DNA of 63,735 nucleotides, the filler included, from Licmophora abbreviata (lineage: Eukaryota), in assembly GCA_900291995.1 (NCBI GenBank). It is 12 parts of 12 records of this genome, joined end to end, with 100 filler letters (N's around TTAATTAATTAA, not from the genome) between each part and the next. Parts side by side here need not be neighbours in the genome. Positions count along the whole stretch, not along the records: positions 10,226 to 14,851 come from OLMU01004579.1; positions 14,952 to 18,126 come from OLMU01004580.1; positions 18,227 to 23,936 come from OLMU01004581.1; 9 more parts are not named here. One strand, written 5' to 3'. Position numbers and translations under genes: made by a program. Positions 11,663-22,370 of this stretch are shown piece after piece. Below the pieces are notes generated by a model. That model made no database searches. It was not told the DNA's origin and saw only the letters and a program-made list of their open reading frames with translations. Each line of letters starts with the position of its first letter. The first letter of the stretch is position 1.

Positions 11663-14568
11663 TCACTCTATGACTCTATGTGCGCGCTTCAAGCATAGCA
11701 TTGATTCTTCCAGTTCTTTTAAATAACTCGAAGTACAGGTTCCGACGCAGAGTCGCAGTCTCCGTAATCGTCGACAAGAGTCAAGTCGATGCAATCTGGT
11801 GATCCCGTGGGCTCCGCGTGCCCCCTCGATATTAAAAGTCCGACGGCTATCCGGTCTCACTGGGCTTCCGGAAGTACCGGCTTTTCGAGCCAGCGGGACA
11901 GTGATACGCAGCGAACAAAATGGGTCACTACCCTCCTCCGACGACGCATATGAGTTGTCAGGGGCGTGCCATGGGTGACTCCATCTCTGTGATCCCGCCC
12001 TGGAGACCGTCGCGGCTAGCGAAACTGACGAGGAGGCATCGGACGAAACAGCGGGAGCGTGCGTCCCACTATTCGACGAGGCTGCGGAAGTGACCTCTCT
12101 AGAAGTCTCGGAGACAACGGTCCCGTCAAGGTGAACCGGCTGTCCTGCATCTGCAGTAGCAGGCGGCGGCGAGCCAAGCACCTTGACGATGGCCTCCCTC
12201 TTCACCCAAAACTCATTATACCGATCTCCGGTGATCTTATAGAACGTCCCACAAGTGGTCGCTTTGACGACAGCTCTATACTCCTGAATCCAAACAAAGA
12301 AAAGCAAGCCGCACAGTCAGCGGAATTGAGTGCATACACAAGAGATCGACGACTTAACCTCACCTCACTAGGTGCCCCACATCGATTTAGTACAACAAGC
12401 CCCGGCTTCACGTCCCCAGCTCTTACTTCTGAACTGAGCTCACCGCTAAGGGGTCTTCGCAGCTTGCTGAAAGGCACATATTCACTGCAGAGCTCGGGGT
12501 AATCTTCATAACTAAGATAGGCCGCATGCATATCGTGCTCCACTCTCAACACTTCTCCCTTGATCTTTTTATTGCGAAAGCGAACGACAACGTTGCTCCC
12601 TATGCATACAGCAGCTCCTCTATCGCCCAATCCATATGCTACAAGATGTGTAGGGGGTTCGACCATAGAATCAGACCTCACGGCCTCCCTAGATGCAGCA
12701 GCATTCTCATCTGTCGTAGAAAGTGGCATGCGGGCGCGAGTTCTTAGTCCTAACCGAGGGGAAAAGCTAGGGGCATTAACTGCTCCCCTGTGTCGAAACT
12801 CATGCAAGCAAAGGTCAACATCATCGACAATCTTGTCCCAAACATTTGCATCGCTACCTCGCCCCTTGCCGCCATCTTTGTTTCTATGGGTTTCCCATCG
12901 TCGACGGGCTATTTCGCGACACACATTGCGAAGAGATCGTACAGTGTCGATCGTCTCAACCATACCATCCTCGAGCGGCGGTAGCGAGGGTGACAACGTT
13001 CCAACTGTCTCCCTTATGTGATCGACGTATCTGTCAACTTTTCGAACAAGTTCGAAAGTGGCGTTCCATAGCACCTCTTCGTGGTCAATCTCTGGGGCAT
13101 CGCCGTCAAGCATAGAGTGCAAGAACGCCACCAAATTTACTGTATCCAAATGAAACCGCGAATAAGACAAGCATGGAGAAGTATTTCGGCATTGGTGGTA
13201 TGTGCCTTGTGGCATCAAGAGGATTTCCCCAGGACTGACAGTGCATCTCCACACGCGAGCATTTCCAATCAGGGGGTGAGATTGCAAGTCAATCTTTTCT
13301 AGGTCCGCGTTCAGGTGATACAGACACGATGCTCCATCAGCCCTGTGGACAAGGACACACTCCTTTTCGCCCACGATTGGAGCAATCGTAATGGCCAGCC
13401 CCCCTAGGTCTCTATGCAATTTTGAGGCGGTACCCTCCCTCCCCATGAAGATGTACTGAAACGGGCTGTCCTCTTGACACGATGACAAATCTTTCCAGTA
13501 CTTGAGCAGATCGTCACCAAAAATATTACCAGGGAGAGGCATGTTCTTGTGACAGAGCTTTCTCCCAGCCTTGTCAGAAAGAGGGAACTGCCATTGGTGT
13601 AAATAAAGGCGACCGGTGGGGGTTGAGGTACGCGACACGGCAGCTGGAGGCCAGCACAATTTCAGAAACTCTTCCGCTGGTATGTTGCGGTCTATCGGGT
13701 TCTCTTCGTCATAGTCTTTTTTGACCACCGGGACACTCTCACTTCCAACGTCTTCAATCATGCGGGTGGTATCGACTTCATGAGGCTTGGAGAGATCCAA
13801 ATCGAGCTCTTCATCGTCATCGTAGTGACGTCCCTCCGGTGTCTTGAGCCATCTCTTCGCGAAATTGGCCCAGCCGATGGCCCCTACTAGCACAACCGGA
13901 ACCCCGTATACTCGCGCATCAGTCACTCGCTTCCTAGCATTGGCACAATTGACGTTGATACGCTCCACATCTTGAAATTTTACTTGCTCCTCATCGGTCC
14001 ACTTCCATGGCGAATCGTAACCACATGAGGACTCTGCTGCGTGGCATTCAGCCCGTTTCTTTCGTGGAGTCAACTTTGTATCCAGAGTTGACTGTTCTTC
14101 CTGCTTTCGAGTCGGAGTTTCCTTCTGCACCTCCAGGCACCGTTTTTCTTCTTTCAGCTGCTCCTCTCTTCGAGTCTTTCCCCTGGAGAATCGCTGTGCA
14201 TCAGAAAAAGCAGTATCGCACAAGTTCTGACATGGCTCCCAAGAATTCATTGTATCTGGGCAGTTTTTCCAGCCAATCAGATACTCCACTCTTCCTTTGC
14301 GTACTCTCTTATCCATTATCGTCTCGATTTCCCAGTAGGAATTCTCTCCTAGCTCAACAACACATTCAGCTCCCAGCTTCTTTTTCGATCTCCTGCTCCA
14401 CTGTCGCCTTCTTCGAGGCCGGCTCAATGACAACGGATTCTCTGGCGGAGGTCTCTTCTTCGCAGCTGTACAAGGGGCTGCATTGTCTTCTTTCTTGTCA
14501 ACAGGGGGCGTTCCTTGCAGGCGCACGTGCAGCGGGTGGTCTAGCACTAGACTCTTCTTGCTGACCAT
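11663..14568 (-). CDS. Chromodomain + JmjC (JMJD4/JMJD6-like) + Tudor-like protein (intron 12284-12363)
   Basis: Chromodomain: YWEIETIMDKRVRKGRVEYLIGWKNC...NSWEP. JmjC: YLHQW, FMGREGTASKLHRD...GEK...PGEILLMPQGTYHQCRN (HxD...H triad). A GTGAG...CTGAC...CAG intron joins the 12202-14574 and 11663-12307 ORFs. The N-terminus is uncertain. Confidence 0.82.
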
Positions 14569-15481
14569 CAGCACCGACGGTCAAAAACTCAGGGCTCTTG
14601 ACCTTGTGGCGAAGAGTCCTGCTGACCGTGCCTCTGCATGGCACTTCTTTCTTGACTCTCCGCATCCGGCAGACTCGAGTACGAGTACCGTGCTGATAGC
14701 GGGTGCTACCGTAATACCATCAGCTAGATCGAGGACTTGCTTACAGCGGACTGCCATCACATTGTGATGGAGCGAGGGAGAGAGGCACAGCGACAGCAGC
14801 GTGCAACATCACGACGCAACGCGCAACACGCCGCGCGGCGTGCACGTAATCNNNNNNNNNNNNNNNNNNNNNNNNNNNNNNNNNNNNNNNNNNNNTTAAT
14901 TAATTAANNNNNNNNNNNNNNNNNNNNNNNNNNNNNNNNNNNNNNNNNNNNGAGTCGAACCAGTCAATTATTTCATGCGCTAAGCTACTACTACGAACGT
15001 ACTCGTAAACCTAGTCTACTTTTCTTCATAGAACCGGTACTCGTACAGGCTGAAGCTGGGGTGAAGTAAACCATACCTAGGTACCTACAGGTAGACAATA
15101 ACGGACACACCTGGCACCCATCACGGTGCCTTTCACCGGATACCAGTTTCCAGTCACTTTTGGAAACTCCTTGCTTGGTTAACGCCAGCAATAGTAACGT
15201 ACCGGTACCTAGTACACTCTTGCTGGAACTGTACGGTTCAGTTAGACCTTTTACCCCGTACTCTCTACGGCCATTTTAAAGTACCTCTCCCTCGACGAAT
15301 TGATTGACTTGCCTACAGTGCTTGTGTTACTGTACTGCTTCTCTACGTACCGTCACACCAGGTACGGGTACGTCTACTCTTAGTTGACAAATCACTATTG
15401 CCCACACGGACCCATCCGGTATAGCCTCTCAACTCTTTCTAGTAGAACATATGCATCGATTGATTGGACGGGAAAAATCCA

Positions 15482-17413
15482 TCAGCACCAATTACCGGGA
15501 GGCTCATATCGTAGGCCCACTGGTACATTGCAGTGATTCCTCCGAAAGTACCCGAGAAGTTGCCAGCTTGGTCGCGCACTTGGAATCGACCCATGACAAA
15601 CATATGGTCGAAACGGGTCGGCATGGCTCTCTCGAGGCGGCGCAAAGTGGTATTGGTCAGGTCCCACATACGACAGATTGTCGCAGGTAATGAAAAAGAG
15701 AGGTGAGAGCTGATGCGAGGGAACAGAAGAGCCAATGCATTTTACTGTTCCTTCGGGGCAGGTCTCATTTCCAACTACCAATGTAAACGATGTGTTGGTC
15801 GAGCGGAGTGTTAGTTTGCGTCCCCTGCCGTGATCTTCAGGCTTTCTCATGAGCTGCTGCGTTTTTGGAACAATTGCCTTTGCACGCTCCTCCATGCCGG
15901 AGAGTTCCCCGGTGACAATGAACTGACGGTTCACGTAAGAACTTCCAGATTCAACATTACCAAACACGTTGACGGTGTATACGAGCGCATCTCGTTCCAC
16001 AGCCAGGACCCCGCCATATCGCAAGCGGCTATGCCTCAGAAGCCAGGTATTGCTTGGGTCCGAAGATTCTGGATCGACGCCGTGAACAAATGTGAGAGCC
16101 ATGCTATCGTCAAATTCCATTCCGCCCACCCCAAAGCGGACTTCAATACCATCGTCCTTAGAAAATTGAGAATTGATTTCCGCGGCAGTCATGTTGGGAG
16201 CAAAATACAGAAATCGTCCATGCCAAAGCCAGTGAACCACATCCTTCACTTGAATTGCAACACCGGTCCGATTGTTGACAAATAGCAACCCATCGACTGA
16301 CCCACACCACTTTCGACATCCCTCAATCGTGGGCCTATACGGTTCAAAGTCAAGCAAGTGCATCCGTACAATGGCATAGCCAAAGCGACTGGAAAGACCG
16401 GCGATAGACTGAGCAGAGTCGTTTCTGGCGACGACCAGCCGAATCGGTTCCGCCCCATTTGCATCACAGTTGGCTGTGAGCCCATTCCCATCTACACAAG
16501 GGACCTGAAACGCGGCATTTTCGGGTGGCGCTAGTCCCTGTGCAAATGTGGTAAAGCCACCCGTATCCTTCAGATCGGGAATCAAGTTCTTATCCTGACC
16601 AAACAGCTGCATGGGAAATTCGCGGTGCAATGAGCCATTGACATCCGTTAGCATAACATCGTGAAAGGTCGAATGCCGCAGTCCCGTCCATGGCACATTA
16701 AGGTACGTCAAGGCATCCGTCGGATCGGACGCGGCATTGTGAATGACCTGCGTCACTTCCAGAACTCCTTCACCACAGTCTTGATAACGAGCGTAATAAA
16801 TGACATCGCTTCTGTGAATGCTTGGAATATGAGCTTGCTGTCCCCAGGACGCGACATCGCAGTGAGAGTCGCCACATCGCATGGCCAGCGTGGGAGAATA
16901 GAAAGGAGGCGGCACCCCAAACGACTCATCGGTCATGTATGTTCCTGCTTGATGAATATAGTACAAGTCATTCTCCGGTGGGTCGTTCCGATCAAGGTTC
17001 ACAGCCACCATCTGCAACACCGTATCCATCCATGCAGCATTCTGGTTTGCCTGAGGCGGCATGGCTTCGCCGTAGGATCCTCCACGGAAGCTATACACCT
17101 GACCACCCGTACCCAGTCGCAGCGTCCACGTCCGGTTCGGATTCTCATCGTCATGATGCATCTCGGCCAGGAATACGAGTGGTTCATAGGGAGCGGTCTT
17201 ACTGCTCCAGACCGAGGGCGACGGCGTAAAGTTGAACGTAAATGAGGTCGCATTGATGTCGTCGCACATGCTCGACGGAAACATATCATTGAGAAGTGCT
17301 TCCTCCAGTAGCGTCACGCCATTACAGGTCCGTATGGACACCTGGGCCTCCAAAAGTAGAAGGATGAGTGCGACGGTAGCGGTCAAGAAGAAGAAGGGGA
17401 AGCGGCGAGACAT
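15482..17413 (-). CDS. Hypothetical secreted/signal-anchored protein (about 640 aa, intronless)
   Basis: Long ORF with an N-terminal hydrophobic segment (FPFFFLTATVALILLLL), several N-x-S/T sequons and an aromatic-rich, beta-like body. Confidence 0.8.
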   Translation of the reverse strand: MSRRFPFFFLTATVALILLLLEAQVSIRTCNGVTLLEEALLNDMFPSSMCDDINATSFTFNFTPSPSVWSSKTAPYEPLVFLAEMHHDDENPNRTWTLRLGTGGQVYSFRGGSYGEAMPPQANQNAAWMDTVLQMVAVNLDRNDPPENDLYYIHQAGTYMTDESFGVPPPFYSPTLAMRCGDSHCDVASWGQQAHIPSIHRSDVIYYARYQDCGEGVLEVTQVIHNAASDPTDALTYLNVPWTGLRHSTFHDVMLTDVNGSLHREFPMQLFGQDKNLIPDLKDTGGFTTFAQGLAPPENAAFQVPCVDGNGLTANCDANGAEPIRLVVARNDSAQSIAGLSSRFGYAIVRMHLLDFEPYRPTIEGCRKWCGSVDGLLFVNNRTGVAIQVKDVVHWLWHGRFLYFAPNMTAAEINSQFSKDDGIEVRFGVGGMEFDDSMALTFVHGVDPESSDPSNTWLLRHSRLRYGGVLAVERDALVYTVNVFGNVESGSSYVNRQFIVTGELSGMEERAKAIVPKTQQLMRKPEDHGRGRKLTLRSTNTSFTLVVGNETCPEGTVKCIGSSVPSHQLSPLFFITCDNLSYVGPDQYHFAPPRESHADPFRPYVCHGSIPSARPSWQLLGYFRRNHCNVPVGLRYEPPGNWC

Positions 17414-17905
17414 GGCTTGAAAAGGCAAGAAAGTTCGACGTCTGGTTCATCTGCAGACACGTTAGGGGAGATCAAGACCTCGGGCACTTGGAGACTTTGG
17501 ACGGGGTCATACTGGGAATATGGTCCGCAGCATGGTTGCTGCTTGCTATGCGGTGATCTTCGTTGCCATGATTGTTGAACCGCGATGCCGTGTCGGAACA
17601 GGTCTCGCCGCGTCATTGGCGAGATATCGCCGGCCAGACGCCTCAACTTTCAAATTGGAAATTTGAAATTTGAAATATTGAAGGAACCCGGAGAAGAATC
17701 CAAATTCCAAATTCATCCCGCAGGTCGAACTCAAAACTCCACGCGCTGCTCGTTCGCACGCACCTCTCGCACAGCGCAGCACTGTGCGCTGGAAAAAGGT
17801 GGAAGGTGAACCTCTGCGACGTTTCTTGATCGCGTTGCTGTTCCAGCATTGAAAGAAGTCCCTCTGGAATCGACACCCATACGTCTCGAGCCGACGAACG
17901 CTGAA

Positions 17906-19339
17906 ATGGGAATCTACTCGAGGATGGCTCCCCAGCGATTGCCGCTCTTGACGCTACTGCTTTGCCTCTGCTCTCATTTTCAAATTGGACTCTCCTTTCT
18001 GCCGGCGCGTCCCGCTGCTACAAGTTCTTATCCCTCATGGTCCCTCTATTCTACTGCCAGCAGCCCCGGATCCACGGCTCCCCCTTGTATCATTAAAGTC
18101 ATGGGAGTAGGTGGCGGGGGTGGAAANNNNNNNNNNNNNNNNNNNNNNNNNNNNNNNNNNNNNNNNNNNNTTAATTAATTAANNNNNNNNNNNNNNNNNN
18201 NNNNNNNNNNNNNNNNNNNNNNNNNNCAGTGCGGTATTGAGGGCGTCGAATTCTGGGCCCTCAATACAGACGCACAAGCCTTGTCGCGCTCGCTGGCTTC
18301 CAACAAACTCAACATCGGACGGAGGCTCACACGCGGCTTGGGAGCCGGAGGAGATCCAAGAGTCGGAGAAGAAGCGGCCATGGAGAATCTTGGGGAGGTT
18401 CGAGATATCTGCCGTGACACTGACATGCTGTTCATTACAGCCGGGATGGGAGGTGGCACTGGGAGTGGAGCTGCCCCGATTGTAGCGGAAGCTGCCAAGT
18501 CACAGGGGTGTCTGACTGTGGGGGTTGTAACCAAGCCATTTGCGTTTGAAGGGAGAAAACGTATGCAACAGGCGGAAGCGGCGATCGTTGAACTAAGAAA
18601 GCACGTTGACACCTTGATTGTCGTGAGCAATGACAAACTGCTTCGCATTGTTCCCGATAACACTCCTGTTACCGACGCATTCTTGGTCGCAGATGATATT
18701 CTGAGACAGGGTGTCGTCGGAATATCGGAAATCATTCTCAAGGCTGGAATTGTCAACGTCGATTTTGCCGATATTCGGAGCGTCATGAAAGATGCTGGGA
18801 CAGCGTTGATGGGAGTTGGAACCGGGGCGGGCCGCACGCGCGCTGCAGATGCTGCTATCGCAGCCATCTCGAGCCCGTTACTTGACTTTCCGATTCAGAA
18901 AGCTCAGCGTATTGTCTTCAACATTGTCGGCGGTGAAGATATGGGACTCCAAGAAATCAACGAAGCAAGCGAGGTCATCTACGAAAATGCCGACGAGAAC
19001 GCCAACATCATCTTTGGTGCCCTGGTGGACGCTAACATGAAGGAAGAAATTAGTATTACGGTACTGGCATGCGACTTTAAGGGCATGACGCCTGGGGAAG
19101 AGGATATGTCGTCGGACAATGACGAAAGGAACCCGAACTACTACAAGGAAAGACGACAACTAACAAAGAGTCCCCTCGGGCCAGACGCGACGGTAGAGGA
19201 GACACGCGTGGCTATTACCCGTGGTTTTAAGAAGCCACCAGCTTCGCCCGCGTCACAACAAGTGGAGGCAACCCCGTCAAGAGAGAGAAGCCGGGGAGTT
19301 GGAGGATTCTTTAGGAAAATGATGGGCGGAAGCAAGTAA
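17906..19339 (+). CDS. ftsZ: Plastid division protein FtsZ (interrupted by spacer 18127-18226)
   Basis: IKVMGVGGGG before the gap; NTDAQAL, GLGAGGDP, AGMGGGTGSG and NVDFAD after it. Bipartite presequence (...IGLS-FLP). Confidence 0.95.
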
Positions 19340-19551
19340 TGTGTCAAGAGATAGCTAACCGTTTATATACGATAGTGTTTCTTTGGGGATGTACGACGAC
19401 GAACCATCTGTGCGCCTTTCATTTGCTTCTTGTCTCCTGCAAAGCAGCGGGGTCTCCACGAAGCAACTTTACTTCACGGCTCATGCAGATACACACCATG
19501 TTCGTATCTGTAGTGATTCAGTCTGGATTTAGTCTTACTGATGATAGTACA

Positions 19552-19995
19552 CTAAAGTGGGATGAATCGAGTCTGATGAGCCGCCGACACACCAGGACGT
19601 CCATGTCGCACTGGCTTGTAGGTGATGGCAAACTCTCCCAGATACATGCCAATCATTTCTGGCCTCATTTCCACACCGCAGAACATCTTTCCATTGTAAA
19701 TACCAATGATGGATCCAATCATCTCCGGAACGATAATCATGTTTCGCAAGTGCGTCTTGACACCCCGAGGCTTCTCTCCTGGAGGGGCTTCCTTCTTGGC
19801 CTGACGAAGGCGCTTGATCAGAGCCATGGGCTTTCGCTTGAGTCCACGGGACATGCGACGGCGAGCGCGGGACGAGACAAGGTCCATGAGCTCATCATTG
19901 GTCAAGTCCAGAAGCTGATCGAGTTCAATTCCACGGAACATAAATTTCCGGAACTGGCGCTTCTTGCGCAGTTCGGCAACCTTTTCTGCATCCAT
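19552..19995 (-). CDS. RPS15: 40S ribosomal protein S15 (uS19)
   Basis: [15 protein letters not shown]...[17 protein letters not shown]...[10 protein letters not shown]...RFIPL. A pyrimidine-rich acceptor at 20031-20032 suggests a 5'UTR intron. Confidence 0.97.
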   Translation of the reverse strand: MDAEKVAELRKKRQFRKFMFRGIELDQLLDLTNDELMDLVSSRARRRMSRGLKRKPMALIKRLRQAKKEAPPGEKPRGVKTHLRNMIIVPEMIGSIIGIYNGKMFCGVEMRPEMIGMYLGEFAITYKPVRHGRPGVSAAHQTRFIPL

Positions 19996-20915
19996 TGTGT
20001 AAAATTAATTGTTCAAGATGCGATAGACTACTGCAGGGAACAAAAAGAGACGGTGTGTGAGAGACGATCTCCCAACGAAACAGCAGTGAGGCCCGACGGT
20101 CAAGATGGTCCGAGGCGACCCTCTCGCAACTGGGCGAAAATAAGACTGATTCCATACATTACAGTATCCCAGTACACTATCGTCGTAGAACAAGGAATTC
20201 AGCGTTCGACCATATCAAAAACGCCATCGTCAGGTAAACATTGCTTGACGCCCATGGTGCTCGTAAGCTACGCTTCTCCAAAGGCGATGTCGTATTCTCA
20301 TTACCAGACCCTCTCACTGAGCCCTGCACACGATGAAAGACCGACTGGAACCTCCAACAAGGCGCCATCATGGACAACGCCAACACGCACCTGCAACAAA
20401 AAGTTGTCTGGTTGAGATCTTGTGCGGCGTTCAAGCGAGCACCGCGCACGTCGTACCGGTTCTACATCATGTGACACGATAGTAGTAAGCGGTAAGTACT
20501 AGGAGCATACGCGAGCTCTGATCAAGAGAGAGAGCTCGAATCGCGTCTAGACTCATTCGACTCGAATCAATTATGTTGGCGGAAGTGAAGGTCAGCAAAG
20601 AATGCACACTCTGCCCATCCTAGACCTATGATACGTCGTCTAGGACGTGCTCTCTGCAGACGGCATGTATATTTCATGTATCTCTTGCGAACTTTTAAGT
20701 TTTCTGCAATGGATGCTCTCGATTTGGGCGGGCCGTCTCTACGAGTACTGTCCGGAACTCGTAGCGTACTTGAGTCTAGCACTATCAAAGTCCTTAGTCG
20801 TACACCATAGGCAACGATTGGTACCAGGACACGAGAGCTATCAGATCACGAGAGCTATCGGCTTAGCGTTGTACAGGATACTTTATCAGAATTCCTCCCA
20901 GGTTTGCTGGCTAGT

Positions 20916-22193
20916 CTATGATGCCTTTCTTGGTCGCCCGACCGTCCCGTCCCATTCAAAACCAATCTCTTCTAGTCGGTTTATGCAGTCTGGTGTCATG
21001 CTGGACAACTCCCCTTTCTTCCATTGCTTGTATTCCTTTCTCTGTCTTAGTATCCATCTGTAAAGAGATGCATTCTGACTTTGGAGAACCCTCGTGTGTC
21101 CATGCACTCTTTCAAACTCAACCAAATCCTGAAACCGTGGCTCCCAGCGATGACCAGCCTCCAACTCGAAGCCAATCTTTCGCAATAGTTCTTCTCGTCG
21201 TTCGGTAAGAGAAGATACCTTGTATTTCAATCGATCCCGATAGGCCTTGCGCTGATTGGCCGCCCACGGGCCCAATGGTTTGTGATGCCCCGCAACACGA
21301 CAGTGACCATGCGCGAGTTGAAACTCACACATCTCCTCATATCGCTGCATCCACTTCTCATCATGCTTCGTGGCACTGCTGCCACGTGCATCCCAAACCA
21401 TCCCGACACTTTCTAGTAACTTAATGCGCTGAGGAGTCATACTGCACGGCTTGACACCTCGTTGCAATCGTTGGTATTGATAGCGTTGATTGGAAAACCA
21501 CTTGCCAAATGAGCCATGCTCTGACACGCGCACTTGCACATGTCCATGCTCCTCACGAAAGCGTTCGAGGTTTCGAAACTGTATCATCCATTCTCGGGTC
21601 AGTCCCCCTTGAGTATTCTCCTTCCAGTCAAACTGTAGCTTGTTCAACTGTTGAATTCGAGCAGGGGTCAATAAACTCTTTTTTCGCTGCAACTCTCTTC
21701 TGTATTCATATCGCTGGGTCGATACCCAATTGGACAACCCAAAGTCGTACTTGCGAGGAACATCAAAGTGGCCATGGGACTGATGAAACAATTGGAGCTG
21801 CTCCAGGCGATACTGAAAGCGACCATCGGGTGGCAAACTGCGAATCTGAGCAGGAGAGAGCTGCGCCGATGATGGGGTATGGTGGCGAGTGGGGGATGGA
21901 AGCGTAGCATGTATCGCAGATTCTTGATCTTTAAGTATCGTCCGATGATCTTGTTGTTTTACATCAGTGGACAAGAGCCTAGCTGCTGAGATACGCTGCG
22001 ACTGCTTTCGCCGTCTCTGTACTCCATCATTGACTGCAGACCAGCCAGAGATCGACGCGGAAAGCACGCCAGCCTGGCCATTTCTGACCCCACCTTTCCG
22101 CGATCGGACCCTTAACACGCTTTTTGGTGAAAGTGACAGTGAATAGTTCCAGAATATAAGGCACAATAGCGCCCACAGGGATGATTTCATCAT
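20916..22193 (-). CDS. Helicase-associated (HA) repeat protein, 4 repeats, with N-terminal signal peptide
   Basis: Four copies of W/F...L..F...HGH..V.....L..W...QR..Y......T..R...L...GF.W. The N-terminus MMKSSLWALLCLIFWNYSLS is followed by a basic, Ser-rich stretch. Confidence 0.85.
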   Translation of the reverse strand: MMKSSLWALLCLIFWNYSLSLSPKSVLRVRSRKGGVRNGQAGVLSASISGWSAVNDGVQRRRKQSQRISAARLLSTDVKQQDHRTILKDQESAIHATLPSPTRHHTPSSAQLSPAQIRSLPPDGRFQYRLEQLQLFHQSHGHFDVPRKYDFGLSNWVSTQRYEYRRELQRKKSLLTPARIQQLNKLQFDWKENTQGGLTREWMIQFRNLERFREEHGHVQVRVSEHGSFGKWFSNQRYQYQRLQRGVKPCSMTPQRIKLLESVGMVWDARGSSATKHDEKWMQRYEEMCEFQLAHGHCRVAGHHKPLGPWAANQRKAYRDRLKYKVSSLTERREELLRKIGFELEAGHRWEPRFQDLVEFERVHGHTRVLQSQNASLYRWILRQRKEYKQWKKGELSSMTPDCINRLEEIGFEWDGTVGRPRKAS

Positions 22194-22370
22194 GGTTGGT
22201 GCTGTGTGCTGTGATTGTCACACAAACGGCTTATAGAATGTTGGGTTGAAACGGACCACAGACAGACAGAATGGGATCGGGTTATGGGTCACTACTGCTC
22301 GCCACCGGATATTCTCAACTTTCAACTTTCGAAAATCGAAAATCGCCCCACAGAACAAATTCTATCGACC

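Noticed and set aside
14498..14665. Alternative-frame 55-aa ORF ending Cys-TGA at the JmjC gene start (selenocysteine or readthrough?)
   Set aside because: No redox motif context and no SECIS recognised. It more likely reflects an uncertain N-terminus, a uORF or another indel.
14827..14842. 16-bp GC palindrome CACGCCGCGCGGCGTG upstream of the JmjC gene
   Set aside because: Single occurrence at a contig edge; no function can be supported.
19339..20415. 358-aa plus-strand ORF abutting FtsZ
   Set aside because: Antisense shadow of RPS15 and its upstream region; no recognisable motifs.
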